From Anthoceros angustus (lineage: Eukaryota; Plantae; Anthocerotophyta), in contig MU008178.1 in NCBI GenBank assembly GCA_010909165.1, positions 6,961-70,960 on the forward strand: DNA of 64,000 nt, read 5' to 3'. The translations under genes were made by a program, and so were the position numbers. The notes under the pieces were generated by a model. That model saw only the letters and a list, made by a program, of their open reading frames with translations. It was not told where the DNA came from and searched no databases. The first letter of the stretch is position 1. Each line of letters opens with the position of its first letter. Shown here piece by piece: positions 37,281 through 48,949 of the stretch.

Positions 37281-40089
37281 ACCCTTGGATAGCTTTGTTT
37301 TGGTCGCTTTCAGTTCACTTTGGCGAGTGATCGATCATAACTCTGAAGGTTTGGATCACATCAAACTCATAGTTCTTAACCTTTGGGCGAAAGTGCTCAC
37401 TTTGGTAGTTGCGCATGTCAACCTTATAATTTTTGGACATTCGTTTCTGATACCTGCAAAGAGGAACTAATCAACAACGCATACCAAAAAGCAAAAAGCG
37501 GAAACCTACTAAAAAAAGAGGAAGAGACCTACTGAACAAAATTTCCGCCAGAATATGATGCAAATGAAAAGTCCTTGATAAGAAGATTGTGCAACTCCTC
37601 TCCACCACGTACACCAAACCGATTCGTACAAAAGTATGCACACCTGCTCCAGTAAACAACTAAAACTAAGATACATGATGTTTCTTTGTATTAAAACAAA
37701 AAAAATAGAACACACCTCTTTTGAGCGCCACGTCCAAAGGAATACTGGTGGTCCCTATGAGCTAAAATCCTCCGCTCATCATCATTAGAGATAAGCTTCA
37801 CCTCCTTCCGACACGATACAATTCCAAGGTCCTTACTGATCTTCATTGAAGCAACCAGGGCAGCCTGTGGCCCATGAAATATACCATGGAATATATTGAT
37901 TATTGGGACATCAGAGCCACGACGGCTTTGATCCAACACACATTTCCTCATCAGGATTCGATTAAACCCTCGAAAGAAGGACATTAACCTGCACAACGAG
38001 AAGAAAAGCTTTCAACCAAATGGCAACCAAGCAAGAAAAACAACCAAAAACACAAGGGGGAGAGCTTTACGTTTCTGGAGAAAACCTGCTGTTGTCTTTC
38101 AAATTACGCACTTGGTGAAAGAAGAGTATTAAAATGAGGTTCAGGTCCCTATGGGGAATGTCCTCTACCGCTCTGTCCCATCCCCTTACACCGCTAACTT
38201 TCATGAACGCTTTCAAACGACTGCGACACCAATTGTTTTGACGTTTCGACTTATCCTCACCACCACTCAGTGCATTATCAACAGCACCATCAGGAACAGA
38301 AGGGTCAAACCCCTGCTCTCTGAATATAGCTTCATCCTCAATCTCTTCTACCCCCATGGCAAAGTCATCTTCAGGACCAGCACATCTTAATCTTTCAAAC
38401 ATATCGAGGCACTCTTGATCCGGTACCACTTCAGGGTTAGGGACAACCACAAGCATCGAGAACTCACCAAGCTAACATGGAGGGCCTGCCCCACAGACAC
38501 TTCCAGTCTGCAGACATGCCTTCGCAGCATTGAGGACCATGCTATCGTCAGTGATCAAATGATCATTGTCACTTACAAAGACAACACCCCTCTCAGTTAC
38601 AGGGACATAGTTAATGATCTCAGACAAAGGGCCTTCCACCAAAGGAACAGCTCGAGTGTCCACACTTCTTCTCTTCTGGGCAAACTCAGCTGCGTGCCGA
38701 GCAGCCATCTTAGAAGGAAAACGCCTTGGCGGCTTTGGACAAGTCTTCAATGGCACCAAATATGTCCTCTCACTATGGACAAGAACACCATCGACTTTAC
38801 CATCATCATTGAGGGGATGAGTTGCAGTATATGCAATTGCAGACTTGACACGTTGTTGTGTGAATGGCTTTGACATGACTTCGGAGATAGGAACTTGTTT
38901 TTTCCCCGGTCCAGCAGGTCCAGTAGGTTTCCTTTTTGGAGCCATCTCCAAAGTGGTGTCATGTCAGACCTTAAGAAGGCATTCAAAACAACCAAACAGA
39001 ATTACAGTAATTTATTCTACTTACATGAAAAATAGAAACGCCAAATGAAACCTGCTGGCGGTTAAGAACTTGATCAGATGATCTAGGCAGTGGCAAGGGC
39101 GGTAGGCACAATCCCGATAGCAATGACATCTGAAAACTACAGTTTTGATTCATTCCCTTTCCAACTTCGTTGAGTATGCAACTATCCGCCATCTTCAACA
39201 TGGCATCTTTGGACATTGCCAAACTTAAAAACTCATTGCAAAGAAACATCGAAAATAATTTTAACCCCCAAGATACCAAGAGATGAAAAAATTCACAGAA
39301 CATAGCTTCACATAATTTCAAACACATGACAGACACATATTGAAGAATTTCCTTTGAGAATGGAGGCCAACCCTCCAAACGTTGAGATAGCCTGCAATAT
39401 CGACAAGCAAAAAGTTAAACATTCGCAAAAGGTCGAAAAATCCACAATATTGCATTTCTGTGATTCAGCTTATACTTGGTAGAATTCTCTACCGAAACAC
39501 CGAATGACAAGTTTATAAAGTTACAAATGGCTAAATCCATGCCTGGAGTTCACAGAGCAAAAGATCAAGGTGCAAGAGACGATGAAAGACAACTTAGGTT
39601 ATGGCACGTACCAACAGGTTGATGGGGTATCGTCGCCTCTACAGGCACAGCAAATTCCAAGGAAATACAATTACAGGTTGGACTAACTGCAATACACAAA
39701 AAACAAAAGAGTGAATCAATAACTCTAGAGAGCCAGACCATAGACAAACAGAACACACGGACATCACAAACGACAAGAGAGATAAATAACAGATACTCCA
39801 CACTGAACTTTACAACTAATGAAAAGACTCTTAACTTGAAACTTCAAACACTGCTAAAAACATTCTAGACCAATAACAGATTGGAGTCCGCTAACACAGC
39901 TCACATCCTACTCGTTGTTCAAGACGCTTAAGGTTCAAAAATTATCAATTTGAACTTGAAGACAAACACCAAACGGATCACAGATGATTAAACATGCAAA
40001 CCGTAGTACAGAATCACGCATGGCAACAGGTCAACAAGATCACGTACACTCACACACATTATCAAAGACACAATACGTACTCTCAAAAG

Positions 40090-40955
40090 ATTATCAAAGA
40101 CACAAAAAAAAATGGACACCTAAACTGTAGCATGCAAAAATAGACTTGAAAGAAAACACAGTACAACCACAAACAGAGCCACCATACACAAACCAAACAC
40201 GCTCAAGAAACATCACATCAAATAGACGTAGAGCTAACCTCCACTGGTCCAGGATGTAACAGTTTTAGTCTCCGGCCTACAACCATGACACAATATAGGC
40301 GAAAGGTTCATTATACAAGCACATGGGATGACAACGCAATAGAGAGCCAAATGTAGCTATACAATGGAATCGCATTATGCAACAAGTGGCAAAAGCAACT
40401 GGATTGATAAACCAAACTTTCAATGCCAAGGCGATTCAGAACAATATAGGAATACATTTGCTAAACTTGCCAGGCTGAAATCGACTTTAATACTACACTT
40501 GATACAATACAGAAGCTATAATTGAAAAGCAATATACAACTAGCAACAAAGGTTTCAAAGACGAATGTACAAAGTCTCAAGGCTTTGAGAAACACAACTT
40601 AAGAGATAAACATCAACTCAGCACAAAACATATCCATCAGGCATGACAACGGGGCAGCAAGATCCACATGTACACTGAACTAATTATCAAAGACACAAGA
40701 AGAAATTGGAAACATAGACACCTAAACTGTAGCATGCCACACAATACGATTAACAAGCAGGAGCCACACATACACAAACCAAACAAGTTCAAGAAACCTC
40801 ACATCAATAATAAGCGTAAAGAAACTGACCTCCGCTGGTCCAAGATGTAACAGTTTTAGTCTCCGGCCTGCAACCATTACAAAATATAAGCAATAGGTTC
40901 ATAGTACAAGCACATGGGGGGACAACCAATAGAGAGCAAAAGGTAGCCCTACAAC
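40090..40955. repeat. ~590-bp-period direct duplication including a small minus-strand exon-like block
   Basis: ATTATCAAAGACACAA...GACACCTAAACTGTAGCATGC and ACCTCC.CTGGTCCA.GATGTAACAGTTTTAGTCTCCGGCCT occur at ~40090-40280 and ~40684-40870. Confidence 0.85.
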
Positions 40956-41579
40956 GAAACCACAATACGAACACTTTTGAGACAGAAGCAAGCTATCGCA
41001 AGGCGGAAGCACACTTGGAGAACAGCAACATAGGAAACACTATGAGCTTTCAAGACAGCCAATTACAAGAACAGAGAGGAAACTCAAAACACCAGAAACC
41101 AACCACGCACCAATAGTGAAGGTCGCAGGGGATATCAAAGGAAAAGAAAACGAACAGTGCGGGCTCAGAGGCTGGCACTGCGCTAGAAGTGGCGGGCTTT
41201 AAGTTCTAGGGACAAACAGCTTTCAGGTCCACCACAAACAGAGTAACTGCATGCAGGACCTTACGCGTAGATAACAAAGAAAGACATGGCCTCCGAGTGC
41301 AGAGCAAAGTAAAGAGAAAGACCCCGAAAAGAGCACACAGATATGGCAAGAACAAGGACAAGAGCAAAACACCAAAAGTACACAAACACAAGCGGCACAA
41401 GGTAGATCGGGAGGACCAGACGCACAAACCAGCCTCAAGCTCAAGCGCCCTAAACACAAATGATCGCCTGAGCACAAATGATCGTCTGACTGACAGAGAA
41501 AGAAACCTCAAAGCGACACAGAACGCAAGTGAACCTTGCACAAACAGAGCAGAAGCCGATAAGGGAGAAAGACGTTGTG

Positions 41580-41870
41580 AGTAGAAAAGAGGGCTTTATA
41601 GCCTATGAAACCCTAACCTCTCTCACTGTCGGCGCCGACAACCTCTCTCTACCAGACCTACTTCAAATTTACCAAACCTACGATCCGAGGCCAATTTAGA
41701 ACCTACGCCGCCGGGTTGGTGCGTCTTGCCCGCCGCCACACCCAAACCTAATTTGAATTCACCTAACCTAAATATCGAACCACCAACAGCTCGAGCGTGA
41801 GCCAAAGCGGGCAACGAATAACAGATTGACACGTAGGGACATCGGTGGAAGCCTCTCGAACTGTCTACCT
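41580..41870. promoter_or_regulatory. Putative bidirectional promoter of the YR element
   Basis: Minus-strand TATAAAG near 41594-41600, a telo-box AAACCCTAA near 41608 and repeated A(A/G)ACCTA motifs. Intron-like splice signals point away from it on both strands. Confidence 0.4.
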
Positions 41871-42884
41871 TCTCTTACTTAAGTCTCTCTCCCCAGCTGT
41901 AGCTTCTTTTCCAAGTGACTCCCGCTTTCGTTTCTACACCCGCTACTGCCCACCTTCTGTCGGCGCCGAGCTGCGCGATCGCCATGGTTTTGGTTTTGTG
42001 AGGTGTTGCTCGTTAGGGGTTGGTGGAACAGGATGCTGGCACCCTAGATCCCTTGAGCTCCTCGAATGCTACCTCTGGACAAAACCCACCTGGTAAGTAG
42101 TTCGTCTTCACACTTCATTTCATGCTGCCTAAGGTCTTCGAGTGCAAGCAATTCGGCAATCATGTTGCTTGGTATGTTAGAGCTCTCGCTGAATCAAGAT
42201 TTGGTCCTTTTCTAGGGTGGGTCTTACATCGTAACTGTGCCTGTGTTTCTTTATGTTTACATACTCATCCATCTGATGTCTCTCGCATTTTACAGGCTGT
42301 GCGAAGAGACGCTCGAAGGCACCCCACCATTTTGAACTGTGCGTAAGTTTCTTGCTCCCTTGTTGGCCTCCTGCTTTCACGTTGGTGGTGTTGGTTTAGG
42401 CTTCCCTTGTAGTTTTGCGTCCTCTCTATAATCAGTTTTAAACGTCTACAGTCTAGGCTGGAATGAGAAGGGTCTTCTTCCATCGTACTGTCCCTGTCAA
42501 CATTTGTATGTTTTCATACTCATCTTGACTGATGTTTTCACCTACGCAAATTCCGCGAAGAGAAGCTAGAAGGCACCCCACCTGCGCGTAAGTTTCTTGA
42601 GCGTAAGTTTCTTTCTTGCTCTTGTTGGCCTGATCTTTCTACATTCGTGGTGCTGATTAAAGCTTGCATGTAGTGTGGCGTGTTTAGGCTTGCTTGCGAA
42701 ATCTAACAGCAAGTTACTGCACGCTGTTTCTATATAGGTATGGCTCTGGGCGTCCTTGAAAGAGCCGGATAGCATTGCGATATGCATTCGAAAACCTCTG
42801 ACGTTTCTCGAAGGAAAGTGACCACGGCGGCAACAATGATGCCGCAAAACTTTATAGTTTCCAACAGTCTGACGACAGAAGGCA

Positions 42885-44855
42885 ATGCAGGTACCTTACA
42901 CGTTTTCTTGCATTAAGGTTCGCATGATCTCTGTGTGTCTCAGTGTGCATTAACAAACAAACCTTTAATCCAGGTACATCCACAGGATTACAAGCGTCCT
43001 CGAATCATGCAACAAATCCAAGTTATCGACGCTATTTCTCCACAGGTATGCTCGTTTATGCTACAGACCTCTGGAAGCCGGTTACTAAATCATGCAATTA
43101 CTGTTTGATGTTTTAGAATGCGTTTGGAAAGTGACAGCCCAGACGCAATGGTGGACATCAAAGAAGGTAAAAGTCAATTTTTATTTCTTTCTTTAACTTT
43201 ACTTGATATTCACTTCCTTTTATCTGATATCAATGTTCCGCAGAGAGCGACTACAGGAGTGTCCACCAAGACAACATGGAAAGTGCACCACCAAACAAAC
43301 AAATTCCCAACCATGGGGATCCAGGATATGGCACCAAGCCGGAGATGGAGCTTCCACTCCTAGAAATACGAAAAATCGTCGAGAAAGGTAAAAATAGCTT
43401 GTTTGATTTACCCTTTTGTATTAGGCTAATAATAATTATTTCTTGCAGTCGTTTCAGAACATGCTATGTTTTTATCCATGAACAAACAAGACTTGCAGCT
43501 CCTTCGCGTGATGCCAGATGAACTCTACAAAATTAAGAAGGTAAAATCTCATGACTGAAATATTAACATTTTAGTTCCATATAAAGATTTCTGATAAAGA
43601 TTTTCAATCTTCATGAGATAAAAAAGAATTTTCGCACAACAGTTCAGTTAGAGTTGGAGACTCTGACACTTGTCAACAGATTCAACGGGCATCAACTTTC
43701 TGTTGAATCCCTCTTGGAGGTATTTTTAAACCAATTCTTTAAGCATATTTCAATAAATAGGGAGAACTTATACAGGTCTGTAACAGATTGCTGCAGAACA
43801 GGCAGCTGCGGCAAAGGAAATCAAGGATAAAATAGATATCATTGACAGTAAAGTCGACAATGTTAATTTCTATCAGGTGAGGCAAATACCGCTCTTAATT
43901 CACTTTAAGGTTTACATACTTGACCTAACTCAATTCTCACTTTTTGTAGACTCAAAAAGGCAAGCGGAAAATTGATGAGCTTGATGCTCCGGCACCACAA
44001 TATGGCCCTGACCAAGAATTTTCTCAATTTGGCAAATGGATGGAAAAATACCAATATCCTGAAATATTCCAATATTTCAAAAAAAGGTATGTTCCTATTT
44101 GGGAACGTAATATTCAAGATCTGGAAGAGCCAATCCTCAAGGAAGACGGCTCAACTCTAACACTTCAGGAACATAGGGAGATTCAGATGAGTGAGTTATT
44201 TTAATCTTTCAAATGACCTCTTCCATGTTTTGCTACAGGTAAAATGCAATATATTTCCTGTTTAATCGTGTATTCTATGATATACAGAAATTGCACTTGT
44301 ACTAGAAAACAAAGAGCTCAAAACAAAAGATTTGCTGGCTCTCATGGAGGATCCAGAGACAACAAAAAACATTAAAAAGGTAAATCATGACAATTTCACT
44401 TTCTTTAAACAAGATGTAATTTCTGATGTAAATCTATGTGCTATCCAGAACTTGCGATCACACTTCCGTAGTGTTGGAAATCTCCACAGCACCTGCTTAA
44501 CATTGGTCAAAAAGGTATACACAAAGCAGGATCAACTGCGACTTGAAATGGAGGTTAGTGACTAACACGTTTGCACCTTCGTTTATAGTTTTCGGAGAGC
44601 CAAAAGGAGTTATTCGCACTCTTTGAGGTTAGTGCATGAAATGAAAGTGAATTTGAAATCATGTTAAATTCTAATTTAAGACATGTTTCGTTGCAGAAAT
44701 ACTCTCGTATGGATGAAATTCTGGAAATGATAATTTTTCTTTCTGAGCCATATAACTATCAAAGAAAAAATTATAATTCTGAAGAGGAAGCTGCACCAAA
44801 TAACACTCCGAAATCACCTGTTTACACGCCATCCACGCCCGTGGAAGATAATTAG
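42885..44855 (+). CDS. Multi-exon gene of unknown function (helical/coiled-coil), second gene of the YR element
   Basis: About 12 short AG/GT-bounded exons giving mostly open reading, e.g. MELPLLEIRKIVEK / VVSEHAMFLSMNKQDLQLLRVMPDELYKIKK / IAAEQAAAAKEIKDKIDIIDSKVD / TQKGKRKIDELD...FGKWMEKYQYPEIFQYF / NLRSHFRSVGNLHSTCLTLVKKV / KYSRMDEILEMII...SPVYTPSTPVEDN*. The start is uncertain, with probable UTR exons from ~41870. Confidence 0.6.
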
Positions 44856-45159
44856 AATGTTGCAGTAAATAGTTAAAAGTATCCAGTGAACTGTGAAAAA
44901 CTGTTACAGACGTTAAAACCAAGCACTATAGAAATGTAAAGGTGCTTTCATCGTAGTAAGAGAAAAAAGAATTATAAGCAGGGTACTCCAAGCAACAACT
45001 CTAAGATTTGAGCGGACCTCGCCGCCTCGATGTGCGGTCCAGTGGGCGTCTGGGCCCCGACTCGGCCGCTCCCTTACGCCCGAGAGCGGATGCTCGTTGG
45101 GCGCCTGACCTCGACGGTCTCGGCCTCGGCGCCGTTCGCCCGTCGGCAGCCCCTCGTCG

Positions 45160-47305
45160 TTCCTAACTGGTGTTACCTCGCACCGGCTCCATGCCCTCTG
45201 GTTGTCGATCATTTCTTTGGAATAAGCCCTTTGCGTCTTTGCTCAAGAAAAGGCCACTTTTCAAAGCAGTGTCAACTACTGGCATAAAGCTCCCAAACTT
45301 GGAGACATCTCCAATCTACCTACTGTGCACACGGTTGCTTGCTCAAGAACGGGAATACCAATCTCACCTTGGCTACTTGTCCCCAAGCCACTGTCATGAG
45401 GGAGGAAATTCTCCCACATGGAAGTGTCCTCTTGATCTTGGCGAGGTGTTGGAACTCGGTTTGAGCAACAGCTGCAACCTCGGAATACCTAACAACCAGC
45501 TTTTGAGTGGGGACTACCTTGTCCATGAGCAGCATAACCTTTGGTGTTTGCACATGAAACCTCGTCCCTTGCTTACATGTACAATAACCCCAAGGGGTTC
45601 CGGCACCACTCAATATATCTCGTGCTTTCCATTGTCTATTGACATAAGCAATATTTGGAAGTCAGGTTGGTAAGACCACATGGGTCTAATATGGGTTGCT
45701 TTTGGATAGCTGCACAATGTCCTCTTGCTTGGAATTTGAGCATGCCTACTGCATACCAAAAGTGCCAGTAACCTCTTGAACAAAATATGCAGCAGCCAAT
45801 CAATCGCTGATTATGAAGGGTTTTCTTGGAGAGCAAACATCTGTACTTCATATATTTGTGATATGCTTCTATGGACGAGTTGCAGTCTTGTCCGGCATGT
45901 GGAATTGTCTGCAACTTTAATCCATTTATGTTAGAACCCCTTTGGTCTTTAAAATACTTCACAAAGCGCTAGCGGACTCGGAAGGTAGCATAAAAGCAGT
46001 TCAAGTCTTTGGCGCATGCTTGGTTTACCTCTACCCGACATCAATGTCCATATGCATGATGTCACCCAGGATTTCATAATTGCATGCCTGGTGTCGGGTG
46101 CCTTCACCTTTTTTAGCAATTGCAGCCAAGCCCTCCGAACATGCCATAGACACAAGAAAACCAGTACGTTACTTCCAAACACAGCCTTGATGCCATTAAT
46201 TTCCGCCATACAATCGTCTACCGAGCGGTCGGTTGCCAATCGCCTATGTAGCATCCTTGCTCGTAAGCATTCCAATAACTGTGAAATATTGGCGTAGCCT
46301 TGCTGGTAATCAGCCGAGGATACCGTTAAAATGATCGTCAAAAACCAACGGTGAATAGTGGAACTTCCACTTATTGGTGCCAAATGTGGCATCCATAGAT
46401 ATCACTGACTTGTGACTCCAACGCAACATGGACTGTGAAAATCTGTTTGGATGCCTAACATAAAATCCTTGGCATGCTGTTCTTCTCCCGGCAAAGGAAA
46501 AAACACCTCCTCCCTATGGACATCCATCCACAACTTGACACTCACCTCATCGTTTACATGGAATCGCCACACCCAGGTCCAACTTTCTTTTCTCCTTATG
46601 TCTCTAGGCAAGCAAAAATCATCCGCTCAGGGCGCTTGCACATCACGATGCTTCCTTAAAAACACCTAGACTCATGGTCAATTAGGATCAGCGATCGTCT
46701 TCGTAGCAACTTATACTTCACCCACTCCTTCTTAGGCGTGTGGGCGTAAGGAGCAAGGTAATTTGAAGGCTGAATCACTCGCTAGCAAACCATGACAATA
46801 CTCTCCCGTTGAATCAATGTGCTCCTTTGATGTAGTCTCGATTCGGCAACCTCGGGAAACATCTCCGGTATGTTACAAACAACAAAAGCACCGCGTTTCT
46901 TGCTTTCTCCAGCAATCTTGGGCGCTGCTCCCTTTGCCTAACCCTTGCTTAGTGATGTCACGCTACTGAGAATCCGAGGAGTTTGCTTTCGGTAGCCATA
47001 AGCACGAGCAAACTTGATGTAGTCTTAGAGTGGTAGATGAAATTCCTCTTTGCCTCACACGGATCTGGTCCAAACATTGGCCCTTATCAATTTGGTGGGG
47101 AAGAGCGTCGACTTCTCTTTTATGAAATCTGGGTACCTTGTGGGGGAATGTAGCAACGTTTCACAGTCACGTCTGCGGACAAGATGCTCACCATCACCGC
47201 CAATTCAATGTCTCCTTCTGAAAGGACGGGACCCAGTTACGCACTTCAAAAGGGCAAGGTTGAGGCGGGATGGGGGCACCAGCCTTCTCGGGTTGATTCA
47301 TCCAT
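45160..47305 (-). pseudogene. MULE DDE transposase with SWIM zinc finger, degenerate
   Basis: FMLGIQT, SMDATFGTNKWKF..VFDDHFNG (first D), VDDCMAEINGIKAVF (second D), CLWHVRRAW, NSSIEAYHKYMK (E) and WGYCTCKQG..CKHQ (SWIM). Many frameshifts. Confidence 0.88.
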
Positions 47306-48949
47306 AAAATCTATGGGATTGTCTTCTCTATTTCTGTCACGTGACTTGGGCACAGCCTCGTCTTGTGGATAGGGCACTTCAGTTGCACTTCTTCAAACTA
47401 AAGGCAGGTTCGAGAATCGTGAACATATGGGTACAATATAGAGTACATATGATATAGCTATATCGTTATATTAGGGTTAGTGAAGCGGCGATGGGCGCGG
47501 AAATCGTCGCCCGAGCAGGAGAGTGGATGAGGAAGCGATGGCATGACCGCTGCGATGTGTATCACCATGGTGAGTTGGCGGTTTCCATGCTTGCATTAAA
47601 CACGGTGACCATTAGCGCTGGGGTGAGAACATGGTGACCTTGAATAGCGGGGAAATGTTTCACACATGTCAAAAAGTCGAGAAGCGATCATTGCTAAGCG
47701 GACGGAGGCGGCGGGGAATGTCTGGCGCAGCTGCTTTATTTCATCTTCTGCGGGCAATTTGACGATCGGATTGCGAGGCGTTGCTTGCATTTTGACCTCG
47801 TTGTTTTCAAAGGTGGAAGCGAAGACCCAGTCTTGCTTTCGACATGCGGATGAGGAAGCTTGCGCTTATTATCAACTCCACCCCTCAAGTCTAGTTCTTG
47901 CAAGCCTCAAGTCAGCTTGCTGGGCAGGAAAGCGAATAATGGTTTGTGCTTAGTGCAACTCGTCTTGGCTTTCCACTGGATCCCAATGACGTTATTGCCC
48001 AGCTGCTAGCATGCAAGTATGGAAAGAAGTAACCTTGAAAGAATTGTAGTTACATATACTCTAAGAGGGAAGCTTAAGATTTTGCATCGCTAAGTCCCTT
48101 GGAATCCTTGGAAAGTTCAAATCAAGAATGAGTACATAGCGGCTAGCTCTCACATGCAAATAGGTTCTCAGGCATCCATAGCGTTGTAAGCAAGACTTGC
48201 CATGCACTTCACGTAGTGCTTTCCACAATGGGCGCTACGTATGCGTGTGCGGTAGTTTTAGGGAAAAAACTGGCGAGGCAATGATGGATCATGATAATAG
48301 ATGTTGCAGTGCTTTGGAAAACCTGATGTCAGCTCTCTATCGTCTGCATCCCAACGTTTTTGTTTGTTCCAAACCTAGCTTATGATTTGGAACGAACAAC
48401 ATCATTACAGCTCTTTTATGATGTCGTCTTAGGGACCCTTTTTTTAGCGTCTCCCCATCGATTGCAAGGCGATGTCGCTTAGCCCTAGGCTTCTCTTGGG
48501 CGCCTTCATGAGAACTCCGAGATAAAGTGGCGAGACTTAGTTCCTTTTTCATCCCGGTGGTATCTCGTCGCTCTGGGGTGGGAATTAGTCACGGAGATTG
48601 CCTCCGGCTCCACCGTTCCGGTAGGGGCCTGAGGCTCTTCGGGGAAGAGGGGGCTATCTTTTGCTCGATTGAGGTTGGAGACGGCTAAGCCTCATCAGGT
48701 TTGTCAAGACCCCGTGAAGGCGCGTCTCAAAAGATGCCTCCTACTTGATGTGAAGTATCTTTTATGTTGCCAGACCCTTGATCCGGGCAGGTGGATTGAC
48801 ATCAGGGACTCTACAATTCTTGCTCTTGGACCCTTCACCCGGCTCCACATGTCCCCATCCCACAAAATATCTTGGAGTTTGTGGCTGAGGAGCCCTTCTA
48901 TTTGCTTTTATCTGGACAGATTTTTGGTGTGATTAACTACTGCATGACT

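Larger units (their letters stand above)
31384..38945 (-). pseudogene. DUF3504/Crypton-type tyrosine recombinase, multi-exon, disrupted
   Basis: Exons 38945-38071, 37988-37716, 37643-37533, 37453-37281 continuing at ~33301-33266, 33195-32996, 32925-~32739, and further exons to TAA at 31384. Motifs FGVRGGEELHNL (R), MSKNYK (K), WYAKLRVSKGMLSRYMKTMTEGAGLDGYYTNKSCRVTMITRL (HxxR position), ITGHKT (H) and FSRYDR (Y). In-frame stops at 38472 and 37315, plus a 4-kb insertion. Confidence 0.88.
30877..45157 (-). mobile_element. Putative Crypton-like tyrosine-recombinase element inserted in the MULE transposase 3' region
   Basis: CCTCGT direct repeat at 30877-30882 and 45152-45157. GC-rich, CCTCG-rich ends enclose an AT-richer interior with a DUF3504-type YR gene and a second gene. 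The boundaries are inferred. Confidence 0.55.
29508..47621 (-). mobile_element. Mutator-like element (MULE) with ~300-bp TIRs, containing nested insertions
   Basis: 29513-29815 is an inverted copy of 47345-47618 (GCGCTAATGGTCAC...TTTAGTTTGAAGAAGTGCAA...). Flanks GGTGGAGAAC (29498-29507) and GGTGAGAAC (47622-47630) form a ~9-bp TSD with one indel. A MULE transposase lies inside. Confidence 0.85.

Noticed and set aside
29508-47621. Interpretation as one 18-kb giant MULE or Starship carrying all genes as native cargo
   Set aside because: Disfavoured but not excluded. The YR segment appears to split the transposase tail and has its own direct-repeat ends, and the YR is DUF3504-like rather than the Starship DUF3435 type.
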